The translations under genes and the position numbers were made by a program. Positions 15,451 through 21,853 of a stretch of DNA of 21,853 nucleotides are shown one piece after another. Numbering within the stretch: the stretch's first letter is position 1; each line of letters starts with the position of its first letter. The DNA comes from a bacterium. Its GTDB lineage: Bacteria > Hinthialibacterota > Hinthialibacteria > Hinthialibacterales > Hinthialibacteraceae. The stretch lies in the NCBI GenBank assembly GCA_041946805.1, contig JBHGBC010000100.1, forward strand, positions 1-21,853, written 5' to 3'. The notes under the pieces were generated by a model. That model saw only the letters and a list, made by a program, of their open reading frames with translations. It was not told where the DNA came from and did not search any database.

Positions 15451-17583
15451 ATGAAACGAAGCGGCTTGTGGTTTGGAATGATCATTCTGGCGGGCGCGGG
15501 AGCGCAGGCCCAATGGGGAGTGCCGCCGAATGATTACAACATCATGATTTTTTATGAACTGGGCATGCACTGCACGGGCTTCGACATTTCGTATTGCTGC
15601 GTCCTGCCGCCTTACAACAGCGTGCTGGCGCAGATCGTGAAAACGAGCCAGGATCCCAAGGAGAAACCGCAGTTGCTGCGGCCGGAACAGCTCCAGGAGA
15701 AGGGATGGGTGCTGTGGTATGAGCATGACCAGAACACCTTTTCGGAAGGCCCCAAGATGCTGTACTGGAACGTCCCCTACGACGTGAACGGCAACGGGAC
15801 CACCAACGATCCGGAGGATTCATTCGCCAATCACGAGTTCAGCCAGTTGTTCACCTACGCCGAAGCGCCGTTGAAACGCAAGCCGGAAGGGGCGTCGAAA
15901 CGGTTGTTCATCGGGCCGGACATCCGCATTCCCTTGGATCACGGGCCCACCGGCAAGCCGATCAGTTTCGACGTGCTCGATTTCACGGGAGAGCAGGGAA
16001 CCATGGTTTATACCGTGCTGAACGATGGAAAAACGGAAATCGCCATCCCCCTGGGGCAGCGGTATTTGTGGGAAGCGTTGGGCCTGCCGTTGACGGCGTT
16101 GTTCGACGGCGCCACGCCTCACATCCGGGCGGTCCGGGAAGAGATGTTCCGGCCGTATCAGGCCGCGCGCGTGAGCCTGAAGCAATGGCGGGACCGCAAC
16201 CAGGACGGCAAGGCGCAAGGGCCGGAACTCACGCCCGTGAATCACGCCAACGGCCAGCCGGTGTCGTTCATCGGGACCAATCCCATCGACACGCCGGCGT
16301 GCACGCGTTGCCATTCGAGTTACGTGGCGAACGGGGATGAATTCCATTATTACAAAAAAGAATACGGCTATTGGAAAAACACGTTTACCAACACCACCGA
16401 TTATTACGCCAGCGTGAAGGCGGCGTCGATCAGCATGTTGGAAATCCACGACCAGCGGATGGGGACGGATTTTCTGGCGAATTACAACCCGGACGACACG
16501 ACCGGCGCATCGGCCACGCGGCTGGGACGTCCCCCGGTCAAATGCCAGGAATGCCACGCTGACAATGTGCTGGGCGTCCTGCGGGGCGTGACCGATCCGC
16601 TGACGGTGTCGATCCACCGGAGCCACATGCGGAGCGCGCCCGAGCCGGACAAATTCGGCCGCCCGGCGAATTGCCAGGTGTGCCATCCCGCGCATTGGCA
16701 AAGCGGCAGCCTGGAGCATTACCCGGTGGATGATTTCGGGCGGTTCAAGGGAGTACGGACCGGCGACGTGCGGCAGTTCTGGGGCGGTTGCTTTCTCGGC
16801 CGCGACGTGCATTCCAATCCGCGCCACCGCCAGATGGTTTCCACCCGCAGCCACTTGAACGCGGTGGGGACCTGGATGGTGGAAAACGTGATGAACGATG
16901 GCCAGGGATTGTACTGCACGAATTGCCACAACGTAGGCTCGCGCCTGCTATACAAGGCGGACGCGCTGGAGAACTTCGACCAGACGGGCGAGACACTGCG
17001 CAACCAGCCGATGGAAACGGTCACCGAGGCGTTCCAGGCCATGGACGGCGGCCGTTACGCGGACTGGGGCACGGCTGATTTTTGGGATCCCAAGGTCACC
17101 CCGGTGGACCGGGTGCGCGCGGTGTGGGAAGATCCCCCGGTGGAACCTTACGGCCGGGTCAGCGACGCGGGGGATTATTGGCTGGCGGCGGGCGAGCCCA
17201 AATGCGCGGATTGTCACAAGCCGCCCTTCGTGGAAAGCCTGGGCGGCTCGTATTTCCCTATCGACCAGGAGAAGAAATATTCGCTGATGCGTTATTCGAA
17301 GGGGCACAGCGGCCTGGCGTGCCAATCGTGCCATCAATCCACGCACGGCTTGCATCCGGTGAATCCCTTGGGGCCGGATCCCACCACGCAACAGCAGGCG
17401 GCCAGTCTGAACCCGGACGGCTCGGCGGGGCCGGTCAAATGCGCGGCGTGCCACACCGTGGACGCGGACGGCGTTCCCGGCCTGGTGCAGGAAGCGATGC
17501 TGGCCCTCTTTCCGGACGATGAATATCCCACCCGTTATGAAAAAGCCGTCGCCCTCTCGCATGTGCTGAGGAAGGAAGATTGA
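15451..17583 (+). CDS. Secreted multiheme cytochrome c (7 CxxCH motifs), ~710 aa
   Basis: Sec signal peptide (AQA cleavage); CTRCH, CQECH, CQVCH, CTNCH, CADCH, CQSCH and CAACH; N-terminal ELGMHC…LPPYN domain; RBS AAAGGGA. Confidence 0.9.
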   Translation: MKRSGLWFGMIILAGAGAQAQWGVPPNDYNIMIFYELGMHCTGFDISYCCVLPPYNSVLAQIVKTSQDPKEKPQLLRPEQLQEKGWVLWYEHDQNTFSEGPKMLYWNVPYDVNGNGTTNDPEDSFANHEFSQLFTYAEAPLKRKPEGASKRLFIGPDIRIPLDHGPTGKPISFDVLDFTGEQGTMVYTVLNDGKTEIAIPLGQRYLWEALGLPLTALFDGATPHIRAVREEMFRPYQAARVSLKQWRDRNQDGKAQGPELTPVNHANGQPVSFIGTNPIDTPACTRCHSSYVANGDEFHYYKKEYGYWKNTFTNTTDYYASVKAASISMLEIHDQRMGTDFLANYNPDDTTGASATRLGRPPVKCQECHADNVLGVLRGVTDPLTVSIHRSHMRSAPEPDKFGRPANCQVCHPAHWQSGSLEHYPVDDFGRFKGVRTGDVRQFWGGCFLGRDVHSNPRHRQMVSTRSHLNAVGTWMVENVMNDGQGLYCTNCHNVGSRLLYKADALENFDQTGETLRNQPMETVTEAFQAMDGGRYADWGTADFWDPKVTPVDRVRAVWEDPPVEPYGRVSDAGDYWLAAGEPKCADCHKPPFVESLGGSYFPIDQEKKYSLMRYSKGHSGLACQSCHQSTHGLHPVNPLGPDPTTQQQAASLNPDGSAGPVKCAACHTVDADGVPGLVQEAMLALFPDDEYPTRYEKAVALSHVLRKED

Positions 17584-17608
17584 GAGGCGCAACGGTTTGC
17601 TCAGTCAT

Positions 17609-17711
17609 GGAGAGGGCCGGGGTGAGGGAAAACGGTACTCCACGCCAAATCCTGCCGATATAATCCAACACCCTTACGTAACAAAAGTAGGAGCACGTTG
17701 CGGCGTGCCCC
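17609..17711. repeat. Partial BoxC-like repeat (17609-17628) and GTAG-type REP (17687-17711)
   Basis: GGAGAGGGCCGGGGTGAGGG is identical to part of 15072-15106. GTAGGAGCACGTTGCGGCGTGCCCC resembles 15007-15030. Confidence 0.7.
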
Positions 17712-17814
17712 TTGTCCTTCATGAGCCGTAGTCTTATCCACAACGGCTTGATAGATTCATCATTAAGGTACGGCAGAACTCAGCGAAAAATACCTGTGCA
17801 GAGGAGAATCATTC

Positions 17815-19749
17815 ATGTCCGATCCCCTATCCATAAAATCTCTCTTCGCGCGGCGGGAGTTCATCAAGCTGGCCGGAACCGGATTGCTCGTGGGCGGGGC
17901 GGATTCCGTATCCCGCGCGCAAGAGGCGTCTTCAAGTAACGAAACCGCCGTGACGGCCCGGAAGGGCAGTGGCCACGTCACCTCCTATGAGATGGAAACG
18001 GAGATCGTGATCGTGGGCGGGGGAATGGCGGGTGTCTGCGCCGCGATCGCCGCCGCGCGCAACGGGGCGCGCGTGGCGCTGGTGCAGGACCGGCCGATGC
18101 TGGGCGGCAACGCCTCCAGCGAAGTGCGCATGCACATCGTGGGAGCGGACCGGCATGGGGGGCGCAAGGACACCGACTCGCGCGAGTCGGGCATCCTGGA
18201 GGAGATCCGGCTGGAGACGGCGGTATGGAATCCCCAGCGCAGCGCCAGCGTGTTTGACATTCTGCTGCTGGATTGGGTGCGCCAGGAGCCCAATATCACC
18301 CTGCTGCTCAATACGTATTGTGACGGCGTGGTGATGAAAACCGAGAATGAAATCCAAGCGGTCCTGGCTTCGCGTCCCAGCACGGAGGACGCGTTCACCC
18401 TCCGCGCGCCGCTGTTCATCGATTGCAGCGGCGATGGGCGGCTGGGGGCGGAAGCGGGGGCCGAGTACCGCGTGGGCCGCGAGGCGCAGAGCGAATTCGG
18501 CGAGTCCATGGCGCCTCCCGTGGCGGACCGCAAGACGATGGGCAGTTCGATTTTGTTCATCGGGCGGAAATATGACCGGCCCATGCCGTTCAAGCCCCCC
18601 GCGTGGGCGCATAAGTTTGCGGGACCGCCGCCGCACCGGGGAATCGGTTCGTATGAGTACGGCTTCTGGTGGAACGAGTGGGGCGGGGAACTGGATATCA
18701 TCAAGGACAACGAAAGGATCCGGGACGAACTGCTCGCCACGGCGTTGGGCATTTGGGATCTGATCAAGAACAGCGGGCACTACAAAGACAGTGAAAATTG
18801 GGCGCTGGAGTGGGTTGGAGCGGTCCCCGGGAAACGGGAAAGCCGCCGGTTCATCGGCGATTACGTGTTACGGGAGCCGGACGTCAAGAATGGCGAGGTG
18901 TTCGAGGACGGCGTGGCTTATGGCGGCTGGCCGATCGATCTGCATCCCCCCGCGGGCATCCACACCGAGGAGCCCCCGGCCGTCTCGGTCAACACGCCGA
19001 TGTATAACATTCCCTACCGGTGCGTCTATTCACGGAATATCAAAAATCTGTTGTTCGCGGGGCGGAACGTCAGCACCTCGCATGTGGCATTCGGCAGCAC
19101 GCGGGTGATGGGCACCTGCGCGGTGTTGGGGCAGGCGGCGGGGACGGCGGCGGCGCTGTGCGTCAAGCACCAATGCGCGCCCCGGGAGTTGGGCAAGGAA
19201 GGCATCCAGGAATTGCAGCAGCGGTTGCTCAAGGACGACGCGTACATCATCGGCGTGACTAACCGCGATCCCTACGATTTCGCGCGGAAGGCCGCCGTGT
19301 CCGCCTCCAGCGCGATGCCGGACGGGCGCGGCGCGGAGAACGTGATCAACGGCATCCACCGGGGCGTGGGGCCGCGGGCGAACCGGTGGAGTTCCGATCC
19401 TAACGCGGGCCTGCCGCAATGGGTGCGGTTGGATTTTGCCGGCGCGCAAAAAATCCGGGAAGTGCATCTGGTCTTCGATACCGGCTTGAACCGGCAGCTG
19501 ACCTTGACGCACAGCGAATCGGCCCACCGGTATCAGGTTTGGGGGCCGCAGACGGAAACCGTGAAGGATTATGAGTTGCAAGTTCTGCATGGCGAGAGCG
19601 CCGAAACCGTGGCGAAGGTGGAAGGCAATTATCAGCGTAAACGCGTACACCGTTTCGACGCGCGCGAGGCCACGGGCCTCCGGCTGGTGATCCACGCCAC
19701 GAACGGCGCGGCCTCGGCGCATGTGTTTGAAATCCGGGCGTATGGGTAA
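17815..19749 (+). CDS. Tat-exported FAD-dependent oxidoreductase with a C-terminal discoidin/F5-8-like beta-sandwich domain
   Basis: Tat motif ARREFIK; IVIVGGGMAG FAD motif; LGGNASSE; FIDCSGDG; GKRESRR; LLFAGRNVS; STRVMGT. C-terminal RWSS…QWVRLDF…VFEIRAY pattern. RBS GAGGAG. Confidence 0.88.
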   Translation: MSDPLSIKSLFARREFIKLAGTGLLVGGADSVSRAQEASSSNETAVTARKGSGHVTSYEMETEIVIVGGGMAGVCAAIAAARNGARVALVQDRPMLGGNASSEVRMHIVGADRHGGRKDTDSRESGILEEIRLETAVWNPQRSASVFDILLLDWVRQEPNITLLLNTYCDGVVMKTENEIQAVLASRPSTEDAFTLRAPLFIDCSGDGRLGAEAGAEYRVGREAQSEFGESMAPPVADRKTMGSSILFIGRKYDRPMPFKPPAWAHKFAGPPPHRGIGSYEYGFWWNEWGGELDIIKDNERIRDELLATALGIWDLIKNSGHYKDSENWALEWVGAVPGKRESRRFIGDYVLREPDVKNGEVFEDGVAYGGWPIDLHPPAGIHTEEPPAVSVNTPMYNIPYRCVYSRNIKNLLFAGRNVSTSHVAFGSTRVMGTCAVLGQAAGTAAALCVKHQCAPRELGKEGIQELQQRLLKDDAYIIGVTNRDPYDFARKAAVSASSAMPDGRGAENVINGIHRGVGPRANRWSSDPNAGLPQWVRLDFAGAQKIREVHLVFDTGLNRQLTLTHSESAHRYQVWGPQTETVKDYELQVLHGESAETVAKVEGNYQRKRVHRFDAREATGLRLVIHATNGAASAHVFEIRAYG

Positions 19750-19774
19750 AAGCGTAACGCGCGAATGCATCCCT

Positions 19775-19914
19775 CCCTCACCCTCTGGGAGAGGGCTGGG
19801 GTGAGGGGCGGGAGGGCGAACCTCCGGGTGAGCCGCTGGAAATGTGGGGTATATCGAAACAGCGGCTCGGCAGGAGTCTCGCCCTCCCTGGATTCCCGCT
19901 TTCGCGGGAATGAC
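19775..19914. repeat. Composite repeat: BoxC-like + ~80-bp REPIN + dRS3-like palindrome
   Basis: BoxC-like 19775-19808 (reverse orientation). GGGAGGGCGAACCTCCGGGTGAGCCG…CGGCTCGGCAGGAGTCTCGCCCTCCC at 19810-19888. CTGGATTCCCGCTTTCGCGGGAATGAC at 19888-19914. Confidence 0.85.
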
Positions 19915-19931
19915 TGCATCGAGATTCCGGC

Positions 19932-21383
19932 ATGAGTCCACGATCCACTCTGGTCTGGTTTCGGAACGATCTGCGGCTGGCGGACCATCCCGCCCTGTGG
20001 GAAGCGGTGGAACGCGGCGCGCCGGTGGTCCCGGTTTTCATCCTGCAGGAAGCGGGGGAAAAATACGGATCGCCCGGAGGCGCGGGGCGTTGGTGGCTGC
20101 ATCATTCCCTGAAAAGCCTGAACGCGGATTTGCGCCGGGCGGGCTCGCGGCTGATTGTGCGGCAAGGCGATCCCCTAACCACCCTGCGGCGGCTGGTTCA
20201 TGAATGCCAGGCGGAGGCGATTTATTGGAACCGGCGCTACGAACCGGCGGCAGTGGCTTGCGACGCGGAGGTCAAGGCCGAATTCCGGGCGCTGGGGCTG
20301 ACGATCGAGAGTTTCAACGGATCGCTGCTGTATGAGCCGTGGCAGGTTTTGAACCAGGAAGAGAAACCGTATCGCGTGTTCACTCCCTTCTGGAAGGCCT
20401 GCATGGCCTTGCGCGAACCCGGTTCTCCGTTGCCGGAACCTGCCCGGATCCCCGCGCCGGAGACCTGGCCGGAATCCCTCCCCATCGAACAACTCCACCT
20501 CGAACCGAAAATCGACTGGGCGCAAGGCATCCGGGCAGCCTGGACTCCCGGGAGCGAAGGCGCGGGCGAAAATCTGGGAGTGTTTCTCGACGAGGCGCTG
20601 GAAGGTTACGAAACCGGGCGCGACCGTCCGGACCGGACAGGCACGTCACGCCTCTCGCCTTATCTGCGGTTCGGCGAGATCAGCCCGCGGCAGGTGTGGC
20701 GCGCGGTGCGGGAGTTTTCGAAAAACGAAGCGCGGACGCGGCTGGCCGCGTCGGCCTGGGCGTATCTGCGGCAACTCGGCTGGCGGGAATTTGCGTATTA
20801 CCTCTTGTTTCATTTTCCCTTCACGGCCGAGCAGCCGCTGGACGGGAAATTCGCGGCGTTTCCCTGGCGGGAGGACCGGGAGGCGTTGACGGCCTGGCAA
20901 AAGGGGCGGACGGGGTATCCGTACATCGACGCGGGAATGCGGGAATTGTGGCATGCCGGCTGGATGCACAACCGCGCGCGCATGGGGGTGGCGTCGTTTT
21001 TGGTGAAGGATCTGCTCATTCCCTGGCAGCAGGGCGCCGCGTGGTTTTGGGACACATTAGTGGATGCGGATCAGGCCAACAACACCCTGGGCTGGCAGTG
21101 GACCGCGGGCTGCGGGGCCGACGCCGCGCCGTATTTCCGGGTGTTCAATCCTGTGTCGCAGGGAGAAAAATTCGATCCGGCGGGCCGTTACGTGCGCGCG
21201 TGGGTTCCCGAACTGGCCAACCTGCCCGACCGGTGGATTCACAAACCCTGGGAAGCGCCGGAGGGGGAATTGAAAAAGGCGGGCGTGGAACTGGGGAAGG
21301 ATTATCCTATCCCGATGGTGGATCACGCCGCCGCCCGTCACCGCGCCTTGGAGCTGTACGAGGGATTGATGAAGAAAAGGTAG
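19932..21383 (+). CDS. phrB: Deoxyribodipyrimidine (CPD) photolyase
   Basis: LVWFRNDLRLADHPAL, TSRLSPYLRFGEISPR, LGWREF, GRTGYP.IDAGMREL, GWMHNRARM and GWQWTAGCGADAAPYFRVFNP. Confidence 0.95.
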   Translation: MSPRSTLVWFRNDLRLADHPALWEAVERGAPVVPVFILQEAGEKYGSPGGAGRWWLHHSLKSLNADLRRAGSRLIVRQGDPLTTLRRLVHECQAEAIYWNRRYEPAAVACDAEVKAEFRALGLTIESFNGSLLYEPWQVLNQEEKPYRVFTPFWKACMALREPGSPLPEPARIPAPETWPESLPIEQLHLEPKIDWAQGIRAAWTPGSEGAGENLGVFLDEALEGYETGRDRPDRTGTSRLSPYLRFGEISPRQVWRAVREFSKNEARTRLAASAWAYLRQLGWREFAYYLLFHFPFTAEQPLDGKFAAFPWREDREALTAWQKGRTGYPYIDAGMRELWHAGWMHNRARMGVASFLVKDLLIPWQQGAAWFWDTLVDADQANNTLGWQWTAGCGADAAPYFRVFNPVSQGEKFDPAGRYVRAWVPELANLPDRWIHKPWEAPEGELKKAGVELGKDYPIPMVDHAAARHRALELYEGLMKKR

Positions 21384-21435
21384 GATTATCCGGCAAGTGC
21401 GTGGCTCCGGCACTCTTGGCCCAAGGTTGAGTGGT

Positions 21436-21553
21436 CCGGATTTGAGTAGCCCAGGGTTACCCCCCTGGGCTGCTATAAAGTCGTCCCCTGAAGGGGACTC
21501 CTTTCACCGGGAAGCAAAAGAATATATACGCAAGAAGTAGAGGGGAAACTGAG
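21436..21553 (+). repeat. ~115-bp double-hairpin dispersed repeat (MITE/REP-like), copy 2
   Basis: AGCCCAGGG…CCCTGGGCT (21448-21471), GTCCCC-TGAA-GGGGAC (21483-21498) and a tail homologous to 8445-8559. Confidence 0.85.
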
Positions 21554-21565
21554 CGAAAAGGTTTT

Positions 21566-21599
21566 CCTCACCCAGGCCCTCTCCCAGAGGGTGAGGGAA
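21566..21599 (+). repeat. BoxC-like repeat
   Basis: CCTCACCCAGGCCCTCTCCCAGAGGGTGAGGGAA. Confidence 0.8.
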
Positions 21600-21788
21600 T
21601 CGTTTCGCGTTCCTATCCATACTCATACCGTTTCATACCATGAATCAAGCCATGAGAAAGTTCTGCATTCGGGCAAATAGTTACTCCAATTTTTTATCGT
21701 CTGGAATGATATGTTGACAACGGGATCGAACCTTTCTAGAGTCATGGCATGTCTCATGTAAGACGGAGCGGCAAAAAGTCTCTGGAGG

Positions 21789-21845
21789 GTGGTACAGACA
21801 TCTTGTCTGCGCAATATATGGTTGCAGGCAGGATGCCTGCACCAC
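21789..21845. repeat. Inverted pair of GTGG-type REP palindromes (REPIN-like)
   Basis: GTGGTACAGACATCTTGTCTGC (21789-21810) and GCAGGCAGGATGCCTGCACCAC (21824-21845) in inverted orientation. Confidence 0.75.
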
Positions 21846-21853
21846 AATGTATA

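Noticed and set aside
17734..17742. Perfect DnaA box TTATCCACA
   Set aside because: A single isolated copy; insufficient for an origin or a regulatory claim.

Overview
GC-rich bacterial chromosomal window with about 16 genes and no rRNA, tRNA or CRISPR array. The many Tat-exported Gfo/Idh/MocA, sulfatase and FAD enzymes suggest a Planctomycetes/PVC-like or candidate-phylum lifestyle, but taxonomy is only a guess. At the left end, an ISL3 transposase broken by one in-frame TGA is inserted into the last codons of an AT-rich IS200/IS605-type (HUH/Y1) tnpA. Then follow, in order: a Tat Gfo/Idh/MocA oxidoreductase, an Nramp-like transporter, a LarA-like protein, a DegT aminotransferase, an orphan ORF, an alpha/beta-hydrolase lipoprotein, a BON lipoprotein plus macrodomain pair, a membrane protein, alanine racemase, a Tat sulfatase, a 7-CxxCH multiheme cytochrome c, a Tat FAD oxidoreductase and a CPD photolyase. 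The most notable non-coding items are: (1) an orphan sigma70 promoter-terminator unit (~13349-13419) behind a ~260 bp AT-rich, operator-rich tract, which looks like an unannotated ~70-nt sRNA; and (2) intergenic mosaics of at least six palindromic REP/MITE-like families, with conserved fusion junctions, one of which shares the double-hairpin architecture found upstream of the tnpA.
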